This document shows positions 26,827-36,027 of a stretch of DNA of 62,221 nt, piece after piece; position 1 is the first letter of the stretch, and each line of letters starts with the position of its first letter. This DNA comes from a virus. Taxonomy: Duplodnaviria > Caudoviricetes. Made by a program: the position numbers and the translations under genes. The notes beneath the pieces were generated by a model. It ran no database searches. It had not been told where the DNA came from and saw only the letters and a list, made by a program, of their open reading frames with translations. The stretch covers positions 1 through 62,221 of the IMG/VR virus record IMGVR_UViG_3300008740_000006; one strand, given 5' to 3'.

Positions 26827-29800
26827 TGTCTATCGAATTTCGTCCGCTTGAAAATGCACCTGAGGAGTATTCTCAGGAGTCGGAGTCTCGGTTTCGCAGG
26901 GAGTTGGAAACCAGCTTGTTGCAGCTTTCGTCTTCACTAAACGGGTTCTTGACGTTTAGCGACCCGGAGTCATCTGCGAACATCAAGCGAGAGTTTTTTC
27001 TTTCACTGCCCCTTGGTATCCATGTTGACGGAGAAACAGCTACTCCTCCCGGTGGTGCGGGTAGCTTTACAACGCTGGATGTCAGTGGGGTTGCTACGTT
27101 TGGCGGAGCTTTGGATGTAAACAATACATCCGACTTCTCTGCTCTTGCAGTATTCAACTCTGGAATTGGCACTGATGATATTGGTGAGATCACATCAGGT
27201 CACGGTGTTGAGGTTGACTCTGTCCTACTGAAGGATGGAGTGGTTACCGGGGATCTCATTGGGGACGTAACCGGCAACGCGACCACTGCAACCACTGCAA
27301 CCACTGCAACGACTGCGACCAACGCGACCAATGCGACCAATGCGACCAAGGCCTCGATCACAGACACGACTACCGCTGCTACCCATTACTTGACTTTTGT
27401 TGATGCCTCGACAGGCAATGAGGATCTCAAAGTAACAACAGATGGTGGAACTAGTGGTCCGTTGGGATTCAATCCATCAACAGGGAGTATGTCCCTACCA
27501 CAAGGAGGCACGCTAACTGCCTCACATTTGAATGGTTATGTGGATTGTTCGGCCTGGAGGTACAAGGTTGGGCTCTTGGATCAAGTAACAATAGAGGCTT
27601 CTGAGACTACTGATGAGTACACGATCACCTTGCCTGGAGACATAGCTTCTACGGGCGAGTACCTGAAGGTTTCCTCTGTAACTGGGGGAGACACAGTTGT
27701 TGCGGACTGGGCATCTCTATCTGGTGATTTGGTCGGGAATGTCACTGGGAACGTGGAAGGCGATCTCACTGGGGACGTAACCGGGGATGTCACCGGGGAT
27801 GTGACCGGCGATCTCACCGGGGATGTTACTGGTGGGACGGGTTCGTTCACTAGGGCACTGACCGGTGCTGGCGATGAGTATGTAGTTAGTTCTATAGCTA
27901 CTGGTTCAGAAGCTGCTGGGGATTCCCTTCTGTATCTACGTTGCGATAGCGCAGGATTCGGTAGTACGACAAAATTTGCAATCGATTATTTTAACAATTC
28001 TTTTATTGCCAACAAGCATAGGTTTACAGTTGATGGCAACGGAGCGGTTATCGCTCAGGGCTCTGTAACTTCCTCTGCTGGATTTGTCGGGGATGTAACC
28101 GGGGATGTGGAAGGCGATCTGACTGGGGATGTGGAAGGCGATCTCACTGGGAATGTAACCGGGGATGTGGAAGGCGATCTCACTGGAAACGCGGATACTG
28201 CGACCAAGGCTGCCATCACAGCAACAACTACGGACGCTACCCATTATTTGACCTTTGTTGATACTTCAACGGGTAATGAGGATCTCAGAGTAACAACAGA
28301 TGGTGGGACTGGTGGTCCGTTGGGATTCAATCCATCAACAGGGAGTATGTCCCTACCCCAAGGAGGCACGCTAACTGCCTCACATTTGAATGGTTATGTG
28401 GATTGTTCGGCCTGGAGGTACAAGGTTGGGTTCTCGGATCAAGTAACAATAGAGGCTTCTGAGACTACTGATGAGTACACGATCACCTTGCCTGGAGATA
28501 CAGGTTCCGCGGGTGAATACCTTAAGGTTTCCTCGGTAGGTGGAGACACGGTTACTGCGGACTGGGCATCTCTATCGGGTGATCTCACCGGTAACGCGGA
28601 CACTGCGACCAACGCGACCAATGCAACCAACGCAACCAATGTCAATGTCACAGAGAATACAACTTCCTCCAGTCCTCTCTACTTGGGCTTTGTAGACGGA
28701 ACTACTGGAAACCAAGAGTTAGAAGTAGATTCAGATTTGGCCTATTACCCGTCAAGTTCTGAGCTTAAAGTGTCTGATATCCGCATTTCCGGAACTGCGG
28801 GCACGGTTTCTAGGCCGAGTTCGACTTTGGCGGTTACTGCTAATCAAGTGGATGTAACTGGTTCTGGTAATGGTGTAAACATAGAAGATGTAAATTTCAA
28901 CGGTGCCGATATACAGTATGTTGGTGAAATTAAAGCCCAAACTTACACAGCTCCTGAGTTTCAAACAGCTTCCTTTATTGGCGATCTCACCGGGGATGTT
29001 ACCGGTAACGCGGACACTGCCACAACAGTGACTGGGGTAGCGCAGGCTGCAATCACATCTGCTGTCAATCTGGCTAGCGTCGGTGCGTTGGATTCGGGGA
29101 GCATCACCTCCAACTTTGGCAACATCGATGTTGGGTCCAGCAATATCGAGTGCAATGTCTCGACGGCAAATCAATTCAAAGCGGAGGCTGTTGCCGGATC
29201 TGTTGCGGTCGTCACGCTGAAGGAGGATGTTGACAACGGGGAGAAGAAAGTCGATCTGCGCGCTGCGTCGGAAATGACGGGTAGCTTCAAGTTTATTTTC
29301 CCCGACTCGTACACGGGTGCAGCGGTTGACGATCATCTTGCCATCTCCAGTATCGACAACACAAACGAACTGAGCATGAAGTGGGCTCCAACCGTCGCTT
29401 CGCTTTCCGGGTTTCTTGCCGGAGCCCACACCACTGGTCTAGCGATGGATGCGACCACATGGTATCCGTGCAACGCGGGCGGCGGCAGTTCGTATGCGAC
29501 GAGCAACACCAGCAGTGTGTTTGAGATTCCGAGTGGCGACAGACCGATCTTCAAATACACCGGCTCCGATTCCATCATTGCGGATGTGACAATCACAGGC
29601 AGCGTGCTCAAGACAACTGCCACTCCAGCGGATGTGAGCGCGCTGTTTGTGCGATTTGGTCAAAAGAACAACGGTCTTCCGACTGGCTCCGATGTCTTGA
29701 CGACGGGTGCGTCTATTATTTTGGGCAGTATTCCGTACAACGAATGGCACTCTTACACGCTGAAGATGTCACTGGAGTTGGAAGAGAATGACTATGTGTG

Positions 29801-29885
29801 TGGCATGTACTTGTGCTACGGGGTCGATCACACATTTCGCCTTGGTTACCAGCAGATAAGCATCCAGGGAATCAGGAAGGCATAA
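26823..29885 (+). CDS. Tail fibre protein 2 with internal duplication and G(D/N)(V/L)(T/E) repeats
   Basis: 1020 aa; ATT/ATN and GDVT/GDLT arrays; ~128-aa block present twice. Confidence 0.75.
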   Translation: MMSIEFRPLENAPEEYSQESESRFRRELETSLLQLSSSLNGFLTFSDPESSANIKREFFLSLPLGIHVDGETATPPGGAGSFTTLDVSGVATFGGALDVNNTSDFSALAVFNSGIGTDDIGEITSGHGVEVDSVLLKDGVVTGDLIGDVTGNATTATTATTATTATNATNATNATKASITDTTTAATHYLTFVDASTGNEDLKVTTDGGTSGPLGFNPSTGSMSLPQGGTLTASHLNGYVDCSAWRYKVGLLDQVTIEASETTDEYTITLPGDIASTGEYLKVSSVTGGDTVVADWASLSGDLVGNVTGNVEGDLTGDVTGDVTGDVTGDLTGDVTGGTGSFTRALTGAGDEYVVSSIATGSEAAGDSLLYLRCDSAGFGSTTKFAIDYFNNSFIANKHRFTVDGNGAVIAQGSVTSSAGFVGDVTGDVEGDLTGDVEGDLTGNVTGDVEGDLTGNADTATKAAITATTTDATHYLTFVDTSTGNEDLRVTTDGGTGGPLGFNPSTGSMSLPQGGTLTASHLNGYVDCSAWRYKVGFSDQVTIEASETTDEYTITLPGDTGSAGEYLKVSSVGGDTVTADWASLSGDLTGNADTATNATNATNATNVNVTENTTSSSPLYLGFVDGTTGNQELEVDSDLAYYPSSSELKVSDIRISGTAGTVSRPSSTLAVTANQVDVTGSGNGVNIEDVNFNGADIQYVGEIKAQTYTAPEFQTASFIGDLTGDVTGNADTATTVTGVAQAAITSAVNLASVGALDSGSITSNFGNIDVGSSNIECNVSTANQFKAEAVAGSVAVVTLKEDVDNGEKKVDLRAASEMTGSFKFIFPDSYTGAAVDDHLAISSIDNTNELSMKWAPTVASLSGFLAGAHTTGLAMDATTWYPCNAGGGSSYATSNTSSVFEIPSGDRPIFKYTGSDSIIADVTITGSVLKTTATPADVSALFVRFGQKNNGLPTGSDVLTTGASIILGSIPYNEWHSYTLKMSLELEENDYVCGMYLCYGVDHTFRLGYQQISIQGIRKA
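27342..28586 (+). repeat. Intragenic direct duplication (~27342-27729 vs ~28200-28586)
   Basis: Core GPLGFNPSTGSMSLPQGG...EYTITLPGD nearly identical at DNA level. Confidence 0.9.
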
Positions 29886-29891
29886 CGGTTT

Positions 29892-30287
29892 ATGACTGAT
29901 CGATACAAAATTCTGGGCCAGGAGTCGATTGACAAGACTGATTCTGCAGACTTGTACGAGGTTCCGTCTGCTGCGGCTGTGTCAGTTGGAACTGTTGAGG
30001 TGTCTCCGAAGTCGGCTTCTTTGCATGTGCGAACACTGGTTACAAGCATCATTGTTTGTAATACAGATGGTGTTGCTGGATCAATTACCATTAAACTTGT
30101 TTCGGCTGCCAGCAAGGAAACACATTTACTAAAGGGGAACTCTATTCCTGGCAATGGGACCAAGACTCTATCTCTTGGGCTGGTCTTGTCTTCTGGTGAA
30201 AAGATAACTGGAAGTTCCCATGATGCGGATTACGACTTCACTGTAATGGGCGTAGAGATTTTGAGTGGTGGGGGTCCAAGTGGCTGA
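29892..30287 (+). CDS. Small tail protein
   Basis: YKILGQ...LYEVPS...VTSIIVCN...LGLVLSSGEKI. Confidence 0.75.
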   Translation: MTDRYKILGQESIDKTDSADLYEVPSAAAVSVGTVEVSPKSASLHVRTLVTSIIVCNTDGVAGSITIKLVSAASKETHLLKGNSIPGNGTKTLSLGLVLSSGEKITGSSHDADYDFTVMGVEILSGGGPSG

Positions 30288-32805
30288 TGAATATGTAGGT
30301 CTAGCAAACGAACTTGCGAAGCAAGGTCGTTATGGCGACACAACGTTGATACATGTCAACCCTGTTGAATTACAGGGATTGGCTTCTGCTTATCCTGGGA
30401 TGATTACCAGAAATCCAAAGACGGGTTTGCCTGAAGCTTGGATTCCCCTTGTAGCAGGAGCACTTCTTGGTGCCGCTGGTGCAGGAATCATGGGTCCCAA
30501 GGATGTTCCTCTTTGGCAGCGTGTGTTGGTTGGTGCTGCCGGTGGTGCGGTCATGGGCTATGCGGGTGGTGCGCTTGCTGGTGCCGGTGGTGCTGGTGCT
30601 GCTGCTACTACTCCTGTTGCTACTACTGGTGCTGGTACGGCCAATGCAACTGCCATCAATACGGCGCTTCAGTCAGCAATGGGTCCCGCTGAACTGTCAA
30701 CTTCTGCACTCCTGAACCCAGCAGCTTCTACCTTGGGTTCTACGGGTTCAGTTCCTGGCCTACTTGGTGGTACGCTTGAATCTTCCATTGCGGGTATGAC
30801 TCAACCAGGCCCTGTTAGCCTACTAGCTCCTGCACCCCCTCCTGCACCCCCTCCTGCACCCACTCCTGTACCCACTACTGCCCCTCCAGCGGTTGACATT
30901 ACTCCTGTGGATCTGGGTAGGCAGACTGCGGGTCCTCTCACTCAGTCAGCGCCCGAGTCGGTTGTCACGGCAGTGGAGCAGGCTCCTGCAGCAGTAGTGG
31001 AGCAGGCTCCTGCAGCAGTGGTTGATCAAGCCTCCACAGCAGCAGACGCTGCCACGGCTGCGTCCGAGAAGGCTGCCGATCCCACCATAATGCAGCAGGT
31101 CAAAGACTTCGGTCTAACGAATGCTGCTCTTTCGGGTACGGCTGGTATCGCAGCCTCTTCACTTCTTCCCGGCAAAGAAGATGATGATGACTTCGATTAC
31201 GAAGGAACTCCTTACGTCTGGGATCAAGACTTTGATGAGAGTGGTGTTCGTCGGGCAAACTTCCCCGGTCCAAACATTTCTCGCAATGAGCTTTTGGGAT
31301 GGTCTTACTATCCGAGTACCCGAAACAGGGGATTCTCTGTTCGTGGTAATGCAGGTGGATTGATTGCGAACGGTGGGATTGTTAGGGGTTTTGCTAGGGG
31401 TGGTTATGCTGGTGACAGAGGGACTCCAACGGAGCGACGTATTGCAAGAGGATACCCCGGACTTGAACAGTGGAGAGCGGATACTGCTGCACTTCCACCC
31501 GGATGGACCCGTGGTGAACCTTTCTGGGTAAACGATAACCGACAACATGGGTCCACTGGTAAGTGGGTCACGCCGAAGGCAGTTTACGGTGGTATTAGTA
31601 GCACTCTTCCCGCTGGCGGTCCCTCGTGGGAATCCGGGTTGGGTTTGTCCCCGCTAGCTTCTGGTGCCATCGATCTATATGGTAGAGGAGCGCCAAGTAG
31701 TGGTTCTCCTTCTTGGCAAGCTGGTCTTGATAATGCAGTCATTCCAGTTTCCGAGGGTGGAGATTTCCATTCGGAACTAGCTGAGTTCATAGTAAAGGGT
31801 ATTCCGTCTGGACGCACTCCAAGTTGGGATGATTCTGGAAGAAAGGAATTTTCCAGAACAATTCACAAGCATCCACCGAAGACCACTCCCGCTTGGGGTT
31901 ATGATCCAGGCAAGAGGCGTAGCGTTCCCGATATTACGGGATTGGGTTACACGGCGACTATGGCAGCTTTGGATAATCCTCATGCCCGGGTTTTCATTGA
32001 TGGAATCACTCCCTCGTGGGAGAAGAATGCAGGAGTTGATATGAACAGCAGGAATTTCAATAGAAACCTGGGAGCATTTCGTCCCAATGCGTGGGCTCCT
32101 GATTCATCAGGTATTGCAGGTGGTGGCAGGGGAACTGCCGCCCTTCTTAGTGGCATGGCAAGTCTTCAACCGTCTGTGAATTCAGTTGGAAGTATCGGAC
32201 AACTCGCTGCCCCCAGAGTTGGCATGCAGGCGGGTGGCATTCTTGATGCATCTGTCATGATGGGAGCCGATCCGACTCGTGGTCAACTCCAAGCAGATGA
32301 GCAGGAGTTGATGATGTCTGGTGGCGACGGGATGAGTGATTCTGTTCCCGCACAAATTATGCCCCCGGGTCCAGGCGGCATGGATGTATCGGTTGCACCT
32401 TCTTTTGGAGAAGCCGATGCCGTTGTTCCCGAGACGAATGCTGAGTTGTCTGATCAGCAAATGTTGCTTCAGATTGTTGTTGACGCGAAGTCTGCACTTG
32501 AAGGGACTCATCCCAATCCTGAAGAGGCAATTGTGAAGTTCCTTGAAGTGTTTGGAGAAGCGGAGCTTGAGAGCCTGAAGGTTGCAGTGATGGAGGAGCG
32601 GGGCCAGGGTGGTGAACCGGAGCAGATTGCTGTTTCTGGTGGTGAGTACATTGTGGATGCTTCTGCTGTTAGCGATCTAGGGAATGGTGACACCAATGCT
32701 GGCGCGCAGCGTCTTGATGATATGGTGAACAGAATCAGAACAGCTAGGCATGGTACTGAGATTCAGCCTCCTCAGATTTTTGCAGAAGAAGTTCTTCCGG
32801 TTTGA
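30280..32805 (+). CDS. Internal virion/DNA ejection protein
   Basis: GRYGDTTLIHVNP...NPKTGLPEA start, glycine-zipper TM segment, C-terminal GDGMSDSVPA...SGGEYIV...LGNG. Confidence 0.7.
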   Translation: MADEYVGLANELAKQGRYGDTTLIHVNPVELQGLASAYPGMITRNPKTGLPEAWIPLVAGALLGAAGAGIMGPKDVPLWQRVLVGAAGGAVMGYAGGALAGAGGAGAAATTPVATTGAGTANATAINTALQSAMGPAELSTSALLNPAASTLGSTGSVPGLLGGTLESSIAGMTQPGPVSLLAPAPPPAPPPAPTPVPTTAPPAVDITPVDLGRQTAGPLTQSAPESVVTAVEQAPAAVVEQAPAAVVDQASTAADAATAASEKAADPTIMQQVKDFGLTNAALSGTAGIAASSLLPGKEDDDDFDYEGTPYVWDQDFDESGVRRANFPGPNISRNELLGWSYYPSTRNRGFSVRGNAGGLIANGGIVRGFARGGYAGDRGTPTERRIARGYPGLEQWRADTAALPPGWTRGEPFWVNDNRQHGSTGKWVTPKAVYGGISSTLPAGGPSWESGLGLSPLASGAIDLYGRGAPSSGSPSWQAGLDNAVIPVSEGGDFHSELAEFIVKGIPSGRTPSWDDSGRKEFSRTIHKHPPKTTPAWGYDPGKRRSVPDITGLGYTATMAALDNPHARVFIDGITPSWEKNAGVDMNSRNFNRNLGAFRPNAWAPDSSGIAGGGRGTAALLSGMASLQPSVNSVGSIGQLAAPRVGMQAGGILDASVMMGADPTRGQLQADEQELMMSGGDGMSDSVPAQIMPPGPGGMDVSVAPSFGEADAVVPETNAELSDQQMLLQIVVDAKSALEGTHPNPEEAIVKFLEVFGEAELESLKVAVMEERGQGGEPEQIAVSGGEYIVDASAVSDLGNGDTNAGAQRLDDMVNRIRTARHGTEIQPPQIFAEEVLPV

Positions 32806-32819
32806 TCGGAATCAATTGA

Positions 32820-33272
32820 ATGTTGACAAGGAAGATGCCCTGGGAACTTGGACGAGAAGAGATCAACTTTTTCTACAGGGCTGTTGAAACAGATGAACAT
32901 TCTGGAAGTGTGGACGATGTATCAGAGGACATTCTCAATGGGAGTCTTTCTCTTTGGATCTGGGAAGAGGATCATCAGCCTGAGTCCGACCCGCCCGTAA
33001 TTCGCCGCCCCTTGGTCGTGGTCATTACCGAGGTCTGCAAATACAGGGATGGTTACAAAGAATTTTGTGTGAAGATGCTTGCAGGAACTGGTGGTGTTGA
33101 ACACCAACCAGAGATTGTTGAGAGCTTGTGCAAGGAAGCTGCGGCTGCTGGGTGTAAGAAGATGATTGCCTACATGAAGCCATTTCTCTTTGAGAAATTT
33201 GATATCGAAAATGTGATTCCGAATTTTCCTTCCGCAGAGAAGCTTTACGTTGTGATAGGCATGGAGGTTTAG
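32820..33272 (+). CDS. GNAT-fold-like protein between ejection genes (putative)
   Basis: LSLWI...VITEV..Y...LAG...AAAAGCKKM pattern. Confidence 0.5.
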   Translation: MLTRKMPWELGREEINFFYRAVETDEHSGSVDDVSEDILNGSLSLWIWEEDHQPESDPPVIRRPLVVVITEVCKYRDGYKEFCVKMLAGTGGVEHQPEIVESLCKEAAAAGCKKMIAYMKPFLFEKFDIENVIPNFPSAEKLYVVIGMEV

Positions 33273-33273
33273 A

Positions 33274-34290
33274 ATGGGTGGTGGTGGTGGTAGCAAGCAA
33301 GAGTCGAGTGCATCGAGCATGCCCCTGTGGGCTGAGCCCTATCACAAGGAGTTGCTTGGAAGGGCTGCTCAGTTTGCATACGGTCAACCCTACGAAGCAT
33401 ATTCGGGCCAGAGGATTTCCGATTTCTCACCAGAGGAAGAGGCTGCTTTTGGGGTAGGTCGAAATATGTACGAGACAGGTGATGAGTATGCCCGTCCCGC
33501 AGCATCAAGTGTTGGCAAGGGTGTGACCAGATTGGATCAGATGTCTCCGGCCCAGAGCGCTGGTGGATTCACGCCTCAATCCTACGACTTCTCAAAGTTT
33601 GATCCGAACGAGTATGCATCCCCGTATCAACAAGCAGTTACAGACATTGCGCTCAAGCGGGCGAGAGAGGATTTTGATAGGCAGGAAAGAGATCGCAGAT
33701 CTCAGTATTCTTCCTATGGAGCATCGGGCGGATACAACGAGAGACTGGATGACATTCTTGGTGGTCAGGGTCAGGCAATGACACTTGCTGATATCCAGGC
33801 CGCTGGTAGTCAGAGTGGTTGGGATGCCGGTGTGGACATTTGGAAGGGACAGCAACGCGCGGACATTGAAGCCGCAAAGATGGGCCAATTGGATCGCCAG
33901 CGTATGGCAGAATTGTCACTCCAGTCACAAGAGCAGAACCAAAGGAACTTGTTAAACGCGGCTCGTGGTTATTCCGGGTTGGCACAAACAACGGCTGGTC
34001 TTGGTAGGAGTGCCCAAGATTGGCAGCTTGCCATGCAGAGGAATCTTGGCGCTACGGGTGAAATGCAGAGAATGCAGGATCAAGCATATCTTGATCAGGC
34101 ATATGCTGATTACAGAGCGCAAACAGATTATCCCAAGACGCAGATGAATTGGTTGCAGGGGATTCTTTCTGGAGTCCCGGTGGGACCCGGCGCAATCACA
34201 AGCCCGGGACCGGATCGTATGTCGCAGGCAATTGGTACTGGTCTTGGTGCTGCTGCAATAGCTTCCGGTATAAATCAGGTGGGTGGATAG
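33274..34290 (+). CDS. Internal virion/ejection (pilot-like) protein
   Basis: MGGGGGS start, Q-rich coiled coil, SPYQQAV.D, C-terminal GLGAAA. Confidence 0.7.
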   Translation: MGGGGGSKQESSASSMPLWAEPYHKELLGRAAQFAYGQPYEAYSGQRISDFSPEEEAAFGVGRNMYETGDEYARPAASSVGKGVTRLDQMSPAQSAGGFTPQSYDFSKFDPNEYASPYQQAVTDIALKRAREDFDRQERDRRSQYSSYGASGGYNERLDDILGGQGQAMTLADIQAAGSQSGWDAGVDIWKGQQRADIEAAKMGQLDRQRMAELSLQSQEQNQRNLLNAARGYSGLAQTTAGLGRSAQDWQLAMQRNLGATGEMQRMQDQAYLDQAYADYRAQTDYPKTQMNWLQGILSGVPVGPGAITSPGPDRMSQAIGTGLGAAAIASGINQVGG

Positions 34291-34311
34291 CTTCCGGTAC
34301 AGAGGGATGAA

Positions 34312-36027
34312 ATGAAGAGAAACACCTTTGGTGCGAATGGGGCTGGTGGTCATTCATCAGCCCCTTCCTTTAGTAGCGTGATCGATATTGAGGATGAGTT
34401 GAAGGGTTGGGGTGACGACATGCTGCTTGAAGAGATGCAGCAACCCCGCTTTCCTCATATGCAATATCTGGTCTTCTCGGAGATCAATCGCAGGAAGGAA
34501 GATCGAGACAGGGTTAATAGAGAGAAGCAGGCTCAGGCCGCTCCCCAGGTTTCGATGGCAGAGGAGGTTGTGATGTCTGCCTCTGCTCCTCCCGGTGGCG
34601 CACCTCCGGGTGGAATCCCTATGCCGCCTCCCGAAGGAATGCCCCCCGGTATGCCTGTGGGTATGCCACCGGCTGGACCCCCCGCTCCCCAGCAGTTGCA
34701 AGGACCCGTTGGTATCGAGCAAGCATACCCGCCTGTCGAACGCCCTCTTCCCGGCACTATGGTTCAAGGAGCCAACAGGGGTGGTCTTGTTAAGGGATAC
34801 AATCAGAGCCAGAGGCTTCCGTACTATTGGGAGGTTGATGCTCAACGTAGGCGGGACAGGAGGGAAGAGGAGGCCAAGATTAGGGCTGGTCAGGAGTGGG
34901 AAGGTTTTCCAACTTGGTTGGGTGAAGTGCCCGGTAGAGTAGGTTCTTTCCTGGGGGATGCTTTTAGTGCGGTGGGAGAAGCCAAAGCGGCACGAGGTGC
35001 GGTACAGCGGGCCGCTGGTACTCATTTCATGCTTGGAACTCGTGCTGGGGAGGAGTTTGAGAAAAGTCTATTGGTTCCAGACTCCTCTTCGGAGGAAGTG
35101 CTTTCTACTCAAGATCCATCTTTAGTTGATGTATCGCTCACTTCACCAGTTGATGGATTATCCACGCAAGTTAATTCGTCACAAGATCCAGCCTTGAATG
35201 CGATTGTTGATGAGAGGGCCGCTCTGCTTGCCAAGGAAGAAGCTGCCCGGCGGGCCGAGGCTGAGCGCCGAGTTGCGGTGACGGGAAGAGTTCCGAGAAC
35301 CGAGGACCCTCTTGATGCTTACAGAAAGTCGTTGGGGGCTATTTCTGCGTATAGTGGTGACAAGGAGAGGGAGATCCTTGAAAGGAGAAGGTCCGAGCTT
35401 GAAGAGACTTTCGCTGGACCGAGTGATGCAGACAAGAGGCGAAACATTCTCCTTGCTCTTGCCGAGGGCTTCCTAGATCCCAGCGTCAATGAGGAGACAG
35501 GTGTAGCAGCGGGACTTGGTAAAGGTATTAGTAATGCAAGGAAGGTTATACGGAACAGGGAAGTTAGTGAAAACGAGAGAAAGAGGAATTTGGCAACAGC
35601 CCGCATTGCTCTTGATCAAATGGGTATCGAGGTGTTCAAGGAAGAAGATAAGTCTGCCAGAGATATTGCTCTCGCCAGGGCCAAGGGTGAACTTGAGATA
35701 GGTCTTGCTGGGCAGAAGCAAGCTTCTGCAAAGGCTATTCAGGATTCGATCAATACTGTTCACAAGGAAATTGCCGAGGGGCGTGCTGCTGGTTACATGA
35801 AGAGGGAGAGTCTGAAGGGTATTGATAAGGCAATTTTAGAGATTGAGGAGACTATTAGTACTAGATATTCTCTTATGAGCCCTGATCAAATGAGTGATCA
35901 TGAGCGCAAGATGAAGGAGAATTTGGAGCAACGATTGCAGGGTTTGTATCTTGCCAGAAAGCGGGTTTCGGGTGTAGATATGCGGATCAATCGCGACTTT
36001 GTTCCCAGGGCGAATCAAGGTGGTTGA
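34312..36027 (+). CDS. Internal virion/ejection protein
   Basis: YLVFSEINRRK, Pro/Gly-rich linker, coiled coil. Confidence 0.65.
   Translation: MKRNTFGANGAGGHSSAPSFSSVIDIEDELKGWGDDMLLEEMQQPRFPHMQYLVFSEINRRKEDRDRVNREKQAQAAPQVSMAEEVVMSASAPPGGAPPGGIPMPPPEGMPPGMPVGMPPAGPPAPQQLQGPVGIEQAYPPVERPLPGTMVQGANRGGLVKGYNQSQRLPYYWEVDAQRRRDRREEEAKIRAGQEWEGFPTWLGEVPGRVGSFLGDAFSAVGEAKAARGAVQRAAGTHFMLGTRAGEEFEKSLLVPDSSSEEVLSTQDPSLVDVSLTSPVDGLSTQVNSSQDPALNAIVDERAALLAKEEAARRAEAERRVAVTGRVPRTEDPLDAYRKSLGAISAYSGDKEREILERRRSELEETFAGPSDADKRRNILLALAEGFLDPSVNEETGVAAGLGKGISNARKVIRNREVSENERKRNLATARIALDQMGIEVFKEEDKSARDIALARAKGELEIGLAGQKQASAKAIQDSINTVHKEIAEGRAAGYMKRESLKGIDKAILEIEETISTRYSLMSPDQMSDHERKMKENLEQRLQGLYLARKRVSGVDMRINRDFVPRANQGG

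Noticed and set aside
27342-28586. Diversity-generating retroelement TR/VR pair
   Set aside because: Differences include C/T changes rather than being adenine-only, both copies are in-frame coding, and no reverse transcriptase is present.
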